Source: Actinomycetes bacterium
GTDB taxonomy: Bacteria > Actinomycetota > Acidimicrobiia > Acidimicrobiales > JAMCPL01
Assembly: GCA_021841005.1 (NCBI GenBank)
Contig: JAKBVZ010000015.1
Span: 16,795 to 80,794, forward strand
Direction of reading: 5' to 3'
Length of the DNA: 64,000 bases
Shown: positions 9,886-19,376 of the stretch, piece by piece
Layout of the letters: each line of letters begins with the position of its first letter
How positions within the stretch are numbered: position 1 is the first letter of the stretch
The notes under the pieces: model-generated
The model's database searches: none
Seen by the model: only the letters and a program-made list of their open reading frames with translations
What the model was told of the DNA's origin: nothing
Translations under genes and position numbers: made by a program

Positions 9886-12519
9886 CTACTCGTCGCTCTG
9901 GTCGTTCTGGCTGGATGATAGCGATGCGGCCTCCAGCAGGGCATTTTCAAGATGGTCTTTCAGGGAATTCCCTTGCATGGCTGCTTTCAGCTGCTCGTTG
10001 CCTATGTAGAACGCATCCACCACTTGGTTGCCTATCGTGGACACCCTGGCTCTGGCTATATCCATCCCAAAGTCGAAGAGCACCCTTGTAAGCCTGTAGA
10101 GCAGCCCGATGGAGTCGCTGGTATGTACCTCCAGCACGCTATAGGCAGCTGATGCTTCCGTGTCTATCTCCACCCTCGTCTCCTCGGCACCACAGCCATC
10201 AAGTATGGAGCGTTTGGCAAACGCACTGTTGTAGACTTGTTCACGCGCCAGGATCATATCATTGAGGGGCAACTCACCCTTGAGTGCCTTCCCGATCTCT
10301 ACGGCAATGCCATTCCAATCGGGCCAGTCCCCGATACGCATTTCAACGACAAAACTGTCTATGGCCGTACCACCCACACTCGATATATCCGCTGACCTGA
10401 TGTCGATGCCGTGCAAAGCGAAGACGCCGGCCACCGCGGAGAGTACACCTGGTACGTCTGGTGTCTTGACCATTACCCTGTTGGCGGGTGGGTCTTCGAT
10501 GAACGTGACACTGGTTCCGCGAGCATCCTGTCCGGTTCGGTAACCTCGCTCCAGGCTGATAAGAGCATTGCTGTCCGGCAGGATTGTGGTACTCGCCTTC
10601 GCCTTCATGCTTGTCGTTTCCATGTCGCGAGTGGCTGCCCCCATGAGCGACCGGGTGTGCAGCACGAGATCGTGAACAAGTCCTTCTTTCCATGGTCCCC
10701 ATGCCAGGGGGCCCGTGGCTTCACCGTCGGCTTTTGCCAGTATTTCAGCCAGTTCAAGTATTTGCGGCTCCAAGAATGCTGTAATTACTCTCTCGGATGT
10801 GACCGGATCGTGTATATCCCTTCTGGTGGCGAGGTCTGGAAGTAGCAAGTGATGCCTTACGAGGGTTACGATGACCGACACCGCAGGCTCGGTGAATCCC
10901 ATACGGATTGCTATACGACGAGCTAATCTGGCACCGTTGATGCTGTGATCACCTGGCATCCCCTTACCCATGTCATGCAGTAGCGCAGCTGTCACAAGCA
11001 TGTGTCGTGTATCGTCACCGGCGTTGTCCGGGCATGCCATGGTAGCGCGTACGGCCGTTTCTAGCAGATGCCTATCCACTGTGTATTTATGATAGGCATT
11101 GTGCTGGCGGAGATTGCGGACCATGCTCCACTCAGGTATATAGTTGGAGATGATATTTTCTTGATCAAGTATTTCGAGAACTGCGATCGCTTCGGGGCCA
11201 GCCTGTAGCAACCGCATCCACGCCTTTAATACTGATTCGGGCCAAACCCAATCTGCTGGAGGAAGCATGGTTGATATGGTCTTGATAGTGTTCAGCGACA
11301 ACGGGATGGAGCGCTCGGCAGATACGGCTGCAACTCGAAACGGGAGCGATGTGTCATAATCAACGTCGAATCCGGTACCTGTCGGGTTGCTGGTATTTGT
11401 ACCTGCCGCACCGGTTGTATCGATCACGCGTGGATTACCAGTCGAGCTGATCGAGTCGTGTCCGGCGCCGGTATGCGGGTTGGCCTCTAGGACGATCTCT
11501 CTGTAACGGAAACCCGTGCCGCTGCTCATGTTGGATAGCGATATACCTGTTTCTATGGGTTCAAGCGTGGTATGCGTATCGGTCGTAGTGCCGTGCGTCC
11601 TGGACTTACCTATAGGATGCAGGGCAAATGACTTCATCCTATGGCGATGGCGTGGCGGTTCAGGCACGTTCATTCGCCGCATCAGGGCATCGAGATTGGT
11701 TGCGGTTACGCGACCGGCATCTGCAATTGCCGACATCAATCCATCGGCAGACCCTGCAGCAAGACTGGTTGCGATCTGTTCCTGATCCTGTAGCCGTAGG
11801 CAGTCCCCAGGTCTTGACGACATACGGTGCAATTCCATGCGTACTTTTGCAAGTAGTGCGTGAGCTTCCTGCGCTCTATCCATATTCACTGCCGCCAAAA
11901 GATCAGTATCATTCCTTGCCAGACAGGACAATGTAGCAATATCTCGAAGTCCACCTCGGGATTCCTTGAGTTCCGGCTCCAGCAGGAATGCAAGATCACC
12001 GAATTTGTCATGACGGGCCGTCAATTCGCTTGTGATGCCAGGAAGGAGTGCCGGTGCATTGCTGATCCATAGTTGCCTGACCGACTCGATAACTTTACGC
12101 GAGAGATGGTGATCTCCTGCCAGGTGGCGCGCGTCAAGGAGTCCCAATAGGGCTCGAGGATTGTCTCTTGCAGTAGTGACCACCATTTCTGGGGTGCGTA
12201 CTGCATGGTCCAGTTTGATTCCCTCATCCCATATGGGATACCAGAGCGTGTCGGCGATTTTGGCAATTTCCAGATTTTCCCGATGTACCAGCAGGATGTC
12301 CAGGTCACTGTATGGGTAAAGCTCCCTTCTCCCGTAACCACCAATGGCGAGGAGCGACAAGCCTTCAGCGCGATTACCGACGTTCCTGGAAAATATGTCG
12401 ACTATCCAGCTGTCTACTGCTGCTGTATAAGATCGGCACCAGGTCATGCCAGCAGCGGTTCTATCAAGTAGCAACTGTTGACGGATGGTTTTCAAGGGTA
12501 CATGATGGGCCTGATCCAT
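9886..12519 (-). CDS. glnD: [protein-PII] uridylyl/adenylyl-transferase GlnD
   Basis: N-terminal nucleotidyltransferase 'GGYGRRELYPYSDLDILLV', HD domain 'AALLHDMGKG', and two C-terminal ACT-like domains. Confidence 0.93.
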   Translation of the reverse strand: MDQAHHVPLKTIRQQLLLDRTAAGMTWCRSYTAAVDSWIVDIFSRNVGNRAEGLSLLAIGGYGRRELYPYSDLDILLVHRENLEIAKIADTLWYPIWDEGIKLDHAVRTPEMVVTTARDNPRALLGLLDARHLAGDHHLSRKVIESVRQLWISNAPALLPGITSELTARHDKFGDLAFLLEPELKESRGGLRDIATLSCLARNDTDLLAAVNMDRAQEAHALLAKVRMELHRMSSRPGDCLRLQDQEQIATSLAAGSADGLMSAIADAGRVTATNLDALMRRMNVPEPPRHRHRMKSFALHPIGKSRTHGTTTDTHTTLEPIETGISLSNMSSGTGFRYREIVLEANPHTGAGHDSISSTGNPRVIDTTGAAGTNTSNPTGTGFDVDYDTSLPFRVAAVSAERSIPLSLNTIKTISTMLPPADWVWPESVLKAWMRLLQAGPEAIAVLEILDQENIISNYIPEWSMVRNLRQHNAYHKYTVDRHLLETAVRATMACPDNAGDDTRHMLVTAALLHDMGKGMPGDHSINGARLARRIAIRMGFTEPAVSVIVTLVRHHLLLPDLATRRDIHDPVTSERVITAFLEPQILELAEILAKADGEATGPLAWGPWKEGLVHDLVLHTRSLMGAATRDMETTSMKAKASTTILPDSNALISLERGYRTGQDARGTSVTFIEDPPANRVMVKTPDVPGVLSAVAGVFALHGIDIRSADISSVGGTAIDSFVVEMRIGDWPDWNGIAVEIGKALKGELPLNDMILAREQVYNSAFAKRSILDGCGAEETRVEIDTEASAAYSVLEVHTSDSIGLLYRLTRVLFDFGMDIARARVSTIGNQVVDAFYIGNEQLKAAMQGNSLKDHLENALLEAASLSSSQNDQSDE

Positions 12520-12712
12520 TACTGTAATGATAGATCAGCCAGGCCAGCAACGGCCTAGAGCCGCAACTTGTGCAAATTGATCAGATCGTGATCGCTGTTT
12601 CCGGTGCATGTCGGGTACAGTGGCTGACTCGGCAACAGCTGGCGGGCGCTGGGTGCACACTATGCAGCTTTTCCACGGTAAATGCCATGCTGATGCTTGC
12701 CGTTGCTGCTCC

Positions 12713-13351
12713 TCACTTGTGAGATGCTGGATGGGTTGCCGCACTGTGGGATTCGCAGGCAGTGGGTCCCGAGATCGGTGACGGGTTGGCATCCAGCACC
12801 TGCCATCCATGCGTACCGACTGGGGTCATCGTGACAGTGGTGGAAAAGTAGCCGGCAGGCGCAACCTGGGCATTGCCCTTGACCGCGCTCCATCCGCTGA
12901 AAAAGCAGATATTCACCAGGTACCGTGTGGCAGTACCCGACTTGGCTGCCCGTTCGGAGATACCTACGTGCTTTGATCGTCGTATTCCAATGTAGGTGGG
13001 ATTCTGCAGCTTGGCTCCCTTGAGATTGGCAAGCTCTTGCTTGACGACGCGTTGGGCGCTTGCCACTAATTCAGGTGCCAGGTAGGCATTGGAAAGCGAC
13101 GACATGGGGATGGCTCCTTCTTCGGCTCGATTTGCCAGGTACAGCGCTTCTTTGGCATCGAAAACCATATTCGGATGCACCATTCCCACATATACGCCCT
13201 GTACCCATCCAGGTCCCGATCTTTGCTTTGGGTTGAAGGCGGCTGGTACCGTCTTGGATAGGGCAGGATTTCCAGGTGAGCTGGCACATCCCGACAGGAC
13301 TATAGTCAGGGCGGCAACGACTGGCCACAGGATGAGCTTGCGTGACATCAT
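12713..13351 (-). CDS. hypothetical lipoprotein
   Basis: Signal peptide plus lipobox 'LTIVLSGCASS'. No recognisable domain. Confidence 0.6.
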   Translation of the reverse strand: MMSRKLILWPVVAALTIVLSGCASSPGNPALSKTVPAAFNPKQRSGPGWVQGVYVGMVHPNMVFDAKEALYLANRAEEGAIPMSSLSNAYLAPELVASAQRVVKQELANLKGAKLQNPTYIGIRRSKHVGISERAAKSGTATRYLVNICFFSGWSAVKGNAQVAPAGYFSTTVTMTPVGTHGWQVLDANPSPISGPTACESHSAATHPASHK

Positions 13352-13434
13352 CGGGAATCGAGCCCATTGGCTCGCGGATCATAGTCTGGAGATGCGGCAT
13401 TCATAATTGTACGTTGTCCGTTGCCGGTGTAGAA

Positions 13435-14139
13435 TCATTGCAGGCGCCGGAAGACAGCAGTTACCTTACCGAAGATCGTAACATCATCGGGTTTTAGTAC
13501 GATCGGATGCATGGTGGGATTAGCGGGAGACAATATTATAGTACCGTTTTTCAGCGAGTACGTCTTTACGGTGGCTTCCTCACCAGGGATCCCCGCTACC
13601 ACTACTTCACCATTTTCCGCTGTCTTCTGACTCCGTACGACAACATAATCGCCGTCGAGTATGCCAGCCTCGACCATTGAGTCGCCACGTACCTTGAGCA
13701 TGAACAGCTTTCCATTGCCAACGAGGCTTGTGGGCAATGGAATCGTATCTTCGACTGCTTCTATGGCAAGCACACCTAGCCCGGCCGCAACGTCACCTAC
13801 TACAGGAATATTTTGGATTTGCGGAGGATATGCGTCTACTGCGGATATGTCTACTGCAGACAGTGTACCGGAGCCTCCGTGGGAGTTCGGTAGCTGCTTA
13901 TTGCCGCCGTAGCTACTGGCCAGATTGTCATGTATCTTCAAGGCGCGAGGCTTGGTGGGGTCTCGCTCGATGACCCCACCCCGCTGCAACACTTTCAAAT
14001 GTGCCAGCACCGTGGATGGAGAGTTCAAACTGACGGCTTCGCCGATCTCACGTATAGAGGGCGGGTAGCCATGACTTTGCAAGTATTCACGGATGAACTC
14101 CACTATCTCTGTACGCTTGGGCGTCATGGGCTGTGCCAT
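13435..14139 (-). CDS. lexA: LexA repressor
   Basis: wHTH 'YPPSIREIGEAVSLNSPSTVLAHLKVLQRGG' and S24 peptidase 'RGDSM...' with a downstream Lys. The ATG at 14139 follows a GGAGG SD, whereas the ORF track start at 14271 is an upstream extension. Confidence 0.93.
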   Translation of the reverse strand: MAQPMTPKRTEIVEFIREYLQSHGYPPSIREIGEAVSLNSPSTVLAHLKVLQRGGVIERDPTKPRALKIHDNLASSYGGNKQLPNSHGGSGTLSAVDISAVDAYPPQIQNIPVVGDVAAGLGVLAIEAVEDTIPLPTSLVGNGKLFMLKVRGDSMVEAGILDGDYVVVRSQKTAENGEVVVAGIPGEEATVKTYSLKNGTIILSPANPTMHPIVLKPDDVTIFGKVTAVFRRLQ

Positions 14140-14291
14140 TTGGTTGCCTCCTATTCCAGTCTGCGCCCGACTTCCAGGCGAGCGATCTTCCACCGGGCGG
14201 CCCAATGCATCCTGCCAAGCAGTGATTACCACCTCTACGGATACATTACCACATGGTACGGCAAGATGCAAACATTAGTTCGTTGACCTAA

Positions 14292-14307
14292 TCGAACATA
14301 TGTACTA
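14292..14307. promoter_or_regulatory. candidate LexA (SOS/Cheo-type) box in the lexA / LysM-gene divergent intergenic region
   Basis: TCGAACATATGTACTA compared with the Gram-positive/actinobacterial form GAAC-N4-GTTC has one mismatch in the right half. It overlaps a TATAAT hexamer at 14306-14311. Confidence 0.5.
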
Positions 14308-14467
14308 TAATATATGAGAGGAGTAGGAGTGTATGCAGTCGGCGTGGATGGGACGGGTAGTGGGTTGGTGATACAGGCGTTCTGTATCACTGGTGATGAT
14401 ATGTCATGCATGATTGCTGCAGTGTGGAAATGATGCACGGAAAGATGGCGAGACGGAAGGAGGAGAG

Positions 14468-14974
14468 ATGGCATTGACGCTGGTGGATGCGGGATATGTG
14501 GGGTTGGCAAAGCATAAGGATTGCAGAGTCCACGGGCAGTACGCAGGAGATGGCGGCATAACAACATCATATTACGATATAGTCTTGCAGAGGCCACGGT
14601 GGCTGCTACTGGCCTTGGTAGTCATGGCGCTTACCGCTGCCGGCATTCTTGCGTTGTCTGCATCGGGCAGTCATCGTCCTCCGGCACTGAGCCAGGCATC
14701 GGTGAGTGGAAGCGGTTCGGCTATCTATTTACAGAAGGGTTCGTCAGAACACGGGCAATATGTTGACGGTGGAGAAACCGGCAGCGACCGTCCCATCCCA
14801 CTGCGTCCGGGGCAAATCTACCAAGTGAGACGTGGGGACACTGTATGGGGTATCGCTGCATCTCTGGATCGGGGTTCAATGTCGAAGGCAGGCAAGATTG
14901 CTTCTGAGCTGGAAAAGGAAGTTGGTAGCAACACATTGTTCCCTGGCGAGAGCATACGGATTCCCAGTGGATAG
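14468..14974 (+). CDS. membrane-anchored LysM-domain protein, divergent from lexA
   Basis: ATG after a GGAGGAG SD, one TM ('WLLLALVVMALTAAGILAL') and a C-terminal LysM domain 'YQVRRGDTVWGIAASL...'. Confidence 0.8.
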   Translation: MALTLVDAGYVGLAKHKDCRVHGQYAGDGGITTSYYDIVLQRPRWLLLALVVMALTAAGILALSASGSHRPPALSQASVSGSGSAIYLQKGSSEHGQYVDGGETGSDRPIPLRPGQIYQVRRGDTVWGIAASLDRGSMSKAGKIASELEKEVGSNTLFPGESIRIPSG

Positions 14975-15001
14975 TTGGCGAAATATGTGGAGGTTTCCCG
15001 G

Positions 15002-15379
15002 TCAGTTGTCTTCTTGCCTGAAGCGATTCTTGAATTTGTCTCTCAGATTTGTAATCTTCTTGTTCTCGACTTCTCCACGAAGAGCCTGGCTTATATCCCT
15101 GATCCCTGCTTTGCCCATCCTGCGAAGGTTCGCCTCTATGGACGCTGCTGATCCGAGCATCACCACGAATCCGAAGAAAGCCAGCGGAACGGAAAACGTG
15201 AAAGTTCCGATCACGATACCAAGTCCCAGCAGGAAAAGTACGATGGACCACTTCAGGTATCTTCCGGCATGACTGTATACCGTCTCCGATTGGACGCGAT
15301 CGGCAAACTGCGGGTCCTCATTGAAGAGGGCCTGTTCCAATTCATGAAGTATTCGTTGCTCATGCTCAGAGAGCGGCAT
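15002..15379 (-). CDS. DUF3040 family membrane protein
   Basis: 'MPLSEHEQRILHELEQALFNEDPQFADRV' followed by two TM helices, as is typical of actinobacterial DUF3040. Confidence 0.8.
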   Translation of the reverse strand: MPLSEHEQRILHELEQALFNEDPQFADRVQSETVYSHAGRYLKWSIVLFLLGLGIVIGTFTFSVPLAFFGFVVMLGSAASIEANLRRMGKAGIRDISQALRGEVENKKITNLRDKFKNRFRQEDN

Positions 15380-15691
15380 GACTACCCCTTTACGACCAAT
15401 CCTGTTTTCTGTCCATTACCTAATCCCACTTATTATTATCGCGCAACCTACACTAGTTTACAACAGGCTGGTAGCCATAAGAATGGCATCAAGAAAGATT
15501 TTTACGGCGTAACTGCCGGGTGGCTCGCGCCGGGTGGCCGGCGAGTGGCTTGTGTGCCACGAATTTGCTATTATTAGTGTTCGGTCGCCATCAGCGGCGG
15601 AACCTTTGAAGGAATGCCTGACCAAGTACCGTCAGTTCTGTTCTTTGGGGGTTTCTATGTTCCATCAAGTAACTAGATAGTAGAGAGGTAC

Positions 15692-17233
15692 ATGTCTGTA
15701 GAATTGGCCGGATTGGCCGGATTACACGAAGAAAGTGGCTATTCAAGTGGCGCTTTTGAAGAGCCCTTTACCGGGGCGGTTACCGTTCCTGGCATTCCTT
15801 TGGGGATTACCGATGAGCAGGGCAGGTATGTGCCCAGAGAGATAGCGATGGACGATCTTGGTGACGATCAGATCAGCGCCGCTATAGATTCCAGCTTTGT
15901 CGAGGTGGAAGAGGGCAACCTAGTGGAGGGCACTGTTGTCAAGGTCGACAGGGAAGAGGTACTTGTCGACATCGGTTTCAAATCCGAAGGGGTTATACCG
16001 CTACGCGAATTGTCCATACGCAATGACGTATTGCCGGGAGATGTGGTCAAGGTGGGAGAGAAGATAGAAGCGCTGGTCCTTCAGAAGGAGGACAAGGATG
16101 GCAGGCTTGTCCTTTCCAAGAAACGCGCCCAGTACGAGAGAGCATGGTCGAGGATCGAGGACATCAAGGCCAGAGACGGTCGTGTCCACGGCATGGTCAT
16201 AGAGGTCGTCAAAGGAGGGCTGATAGTAGATATCGGTTTGCGAGGATTTCTTCCGGCATCTTTGGTCGATATCCGCCGTATCCGGGAGTTGCATCCCTAC
16301 TTAGGCCAGGAAATGGAAGCCAAGATCATAGAGCTTGACAGGAACCGGAACAATGTGGTTCTTTCCAGGAGAGCTCTCATGGAACAGGATCAGCGCGAGC
16401 AACGGGTCCATTTTCTGGCCGATCTCAAGCCAGGAGATCGGGTAAGAGGCATTGTGTCATCAATCGTTCACTTCGGAGTATTTGTGGATATAGGCGGGAT
16501 GGATGGCCTCATACACGTTTCAGAACTCTCCTGGAAACACGTAGATCATCCATCTGCGATATTGTCCGTCGGCGATGAGATTGAAGTGGAGGTACTCGAA
16601 GTAGATCCGGACAAGGAGCGCATCAGCCTTTCTCTGAAAGCCACCCAGACCGATCCATGGCATGATTTTGGGCTAACGCATCAGGCAGGAGAGCTCGTGT
16701 ACGGGCGTATCACCAAGCTGGTGCCCTTTGGGGCTTTTGTGCAGGTTGGCGAGGGCATCGAAGGACTTGTGCATATTTCCGAGATGGCGTCCCATCGTGT
16801 CGATACGCCAGATCAGGTAGTCAGCGTGGGTGAGGAATTGTGGGTAAAGATCACCGATATTGACCCGCAGAAGCACCGGATCAGCCTTTCCATCAAGCAG
16901 GCCGCCGAAGGCGGCGAAGTGTCCGAGGAGTATCGAGAGGCGTTCGGGGAGCATGCCTTCGACGATGAAGGCAATTACATTGGCTACGACTTCACGGAGT
17001 TTACCCCCGAAACCGAAGCGCAGGCCGCATGGGCGGATATGGAATTTGAAGCAGGCGACAAGAGCGGAGGCGTTATCCCTACCCCGTCGCTGCCTGTGCA
17101 TGAGAACGACATAGAGCACCTTGGGCCGGAGGTGGATGGAGTATCTGATGGAGTACGTTTCGCTGCTGAAGATATCCCTGAAAGTACGGCCGGTTTTGAT
17201 GAATCGGAGGATAATTCCCCGGCGGGAGAGTGA
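15692..17233 (+). CDS. rpsA: 30S ribosomal protein S1
   Basis: Four S1 OB-fold repeats (e.g. 'GTVVKVDREEVLVDIGFKSEGVIP', 'GIVSSIVHFGVFVDIGGMDGLIHVSE') and an acidic C-terminal tail. Confidence 0.96.
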   Translation: MSVELAGLAGLHEESGYSSGAFEEPFTGAVTVPGIPLGITDEQGRYVPREIAMDDLGDDQISAAIDSSFVEVEEGNLVEGTVVKVDREEVLVDIGFKSEGVIPLRELSIRNDVLPGDVVKVGEKIEALVLQKEDKDGRLVLSKKRAQYERAWSRIEDIKARDGRVHGMVIEVVKGGLIVDIGLRGFLPASLVDIRRIRELHPYLGQEMEAKIIELDRNRNNVVLSRRALMEQDQREQRVHFLADLKPGDRVRGIVSSIVHFGVFVDIGGMDGLIHVSELSWKHVDHPSAILSVGDEIEVEVLEVDPDKERISLSLKATQTDPWHDFGLTHQAGELVYGRITKLVPFGAFVQVGEGIEGLVHISEMASHRVDTPDQVVSVGEELWVKITDIDPQKHRISLSIKQAAEGGEVSEEYREAFGEHAFDDEGNYIGYDFTEFTPETEAQAAWADMEFEAGDKSGGVIPTPSLPVHENDIEHLGPEVDGVSDGVRFAAEDIPESTAGFDESEDNSPAGE

Positions 17234-17406
17234 ACAGTTGAGAGATGCTCCAAGGGCTATCTTGTATCGTTGGCATTTGGGAGGCCGCGTCGAGCACGGA
17301 CCTAGGAGTGCCGTTGTAGAAAAGCAGTACCTAGAATGCGAGATGCCACATACGTGATACGCATGAATGATGGATCTACCGGTGCTGCACCAGAGGCGAT
17401 GCGCCG

Positions 17407-19185
17407 GTGAGCGATACGGCAATTGAGAGCAGTGGCATGAAGGTTGGAACTGCCGACTTGGCTGCGGATGGGGCGCATGATCCGGTTCCCGCCGACTCTG
17501 GCCATGGCAGGAGTGCTGCGATCACCCTGAAGGTTCTGATCGGCTTGGTGCTTGCTTTTGCAATCCTGTTGCGATTCTGGACGAAGTCCGATCTCTGGCT
17601 TGACGAGGCGTTGACCGTCAATATTTCCCATCTACCGGTGTCGCAGATTCCTGCAGCGCTGAAGCGGGATGGTGCTCCTCCACTTTATTACGTGCTCCTC
17701 CACTACTGGATGGTGCTATTTGGTACCTCTGATCTGACTGTGCGCTCGCTGGCAGGAGTTTTCGGCGTTGCCACACTTCCGGTTGCTTGGGCATGCGGTA
17801 AGCGTATCGGGGGAAGGACGGTGGCATGGGGAGCGCTACTGCTGCTAGCCGTTTCACCGTTTGCTGTCTATTACGATACGGAGGCGAGGATGTACTCGCT
17901 GGTGGTGCTGCTGACTGGGTTGGGATTCCTTTCGCTGGACCGCAGCCTGAGAAGGCCATCTGCCATTAATCTGGCTGCCGTAGCCCTGATAACTGCAGCG
18001 CTTCTCTACACGCAATACTGGGCACTGTACCTGGTCGGAGTGGTAGGGCTGTGGCTGCTGTACCACGCATTTGCCACTGGCTGGGTTGCAAGCAGGATGG
18101 TGAGGCGTAATGGCCGGAATGACCCTGCCGATGATCACGATGCCAGAGGGGTTTTCACCCGTACAATGGCCAAGCGCTTTCACCGGAATACTGCGATCGA
18201 TACTACGGATTTGGATACGCCAGGGTCCGTACGGCATTTTGCAGGCATGAGATATGCGCGGTCAAATACTCTGGCCACCTTTGGCGCCATGGCCGTAGGA
18301 TCGCTTACTTTCCTACCCTGGCTGCCCATATTCATTTTCCAGGCTCACCATACGGGAACTCCCTGGATCCGGCCAGCGGGACCTGAGATTATTATCCATG
18401 TGCTTGCAGAGATGGGAGGCGGGGCCAGCTTCGGAGGGCGCCTGCTCTTCCTAATTGTTGCGGCACTGTGCGTGCTGGGACTGTTCGGTACGGCCAAAGG
18501 AAGGTTGCACATCGATCTGGACCTTCGCACTAAACCGAGAGGGAGGGCACTTGCGGCCATTATTGCAGGAACATTGCTGACCGGGCTTATCGGTGGCTAT
18601 ATAAGTCGCAGCGCGTTTGTGAGTCGATACGCGTCGGTAGCCTTTCTACCCATCATCCTGCTCAGTGCGGTGGGTCTACTTGCAATCGCTGATCCGAGGA
18701 TACGCAATGGGGTACTGGCGGTTGCAGTGGCAGGCGGGTTTGCGGCCAGCTTGCCGAATATCACCACCAATCGTACCCAGGCAGGAGAGATAGCGGCCAC
18801 CCTTGCCAAATATGGCAAACCGGGAGACATAGTGGCTTACTGTCCCGATCAGCTGGGCCCGGCGGTTGACCGGCTGCTGCCGGCTGGGCGCTATTTGCAG
18901 ACCACGTTTCCGAGAGGTACAGGTCCTGCTTTTGTGAATTGGATCGACTACAGGGAAGTGGTAGGCAGGGCCAATCCGTTATCGTTTGCCAACCGCCTCG
19001 AATCGATGAGACACGGTAACAACCAGATATGGGTGGTCTGGGCGCCAGGATATCTTGGGTTTGGAAATAAGTGCCAGCAGATCATACAGCACCTCCAGGA
19101 CGCTCCAACCCTCAGATGGCGGCAGATGGTGGTTACGGGACCGTACTTCGAGGGCATGGGTATGTTCAGGTTTGTCCCAAGATGA
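17407..19185 (+). CDS. polytopic GT-C glycosyltransferase (GT39/PMT_2-like mannosyltransferase family)
   Basis: More than 10 predicted TM helices and a first-loop motif 'LWLDEALTV' typical of ArnT/PMT-like GT-C enzymes. Confidence 0.7.
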   Translation: MSDTAIESSGMKVGTADLAADGAHDPVPADSGHGRSAAITLKVLIGLVLAFAILLRFWTKSDLWLDEALTVNISHLPVSQIPAALKRDGAPPLYYVLLHYWMVLFGTSDLTVRSLAGVFGVATLPVAWACGKRIGGRTVAWGALLLLAVSPFAVYYDTEARMYSLVVLLTGLGFLSLDRSLRRPSAINLAAVALITAALLYTQYWALYLVGVVGLWLLYHAFATGWVASRMVRRNGRNDPADDHDARGVFTRTMAKRFHRNTAIDTTDLDTPGSVRHFAGMRYARSNTLATFGAMAVGSLTFLPWLPIFIFQAHHTGTPWIRPAGPEIIIHVLAEMGGGASFGGRLLFLIVAALCVLGLFGTAKGRLHIDLDLRTKPRGRALAAIIAGTLLTGLIGGYISRSAFVSRYASVAFLPIILLSAVGLLAIADPRIRNGVLAVAVAGGFAASLPNITTNRTQAGEIAATLAKYGKPGDIVAYCPDQLGPAVDRLLPAGRYLQTTFPRGTGPAFVNWIDYREVVGRANPLSFANRLESMRHGNNQIWVVWAPGYLGFGNKCQQIIQHLQDAPTLRWRQMVVTGPYFEGMGMFRFVPR

Positions 19186-19267
19186 CCGACCAACACGGCT
19201 GGATTGCCACCGGACCGGTACGGCAACGGATGATAAGCATCTGACTGGCTTCCACCTGCGGTATGCT

Positions 19268-19376
19268 GGGACAGCATAAAGGAAAATATGGGTGATTCGT
19301 GACGATGTCGATCGATAGCATGATCGCCATGCCGGCGACCGGGACAGCATAAAGGAAAATATGGGTGATTCGTGAC
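19268..19376. repeat. 36-bp direct repeat (offset 73 bp) duplicating the translation-initiation region of the downstream oxidoreductase gene
   Basis: 'GGGACAGCATAAAGGAAAATATGGGTGATTCGTGAC' occurs at 19268-19303 and again at 19341-19376 with identical sequence. Confidence 0.95.
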
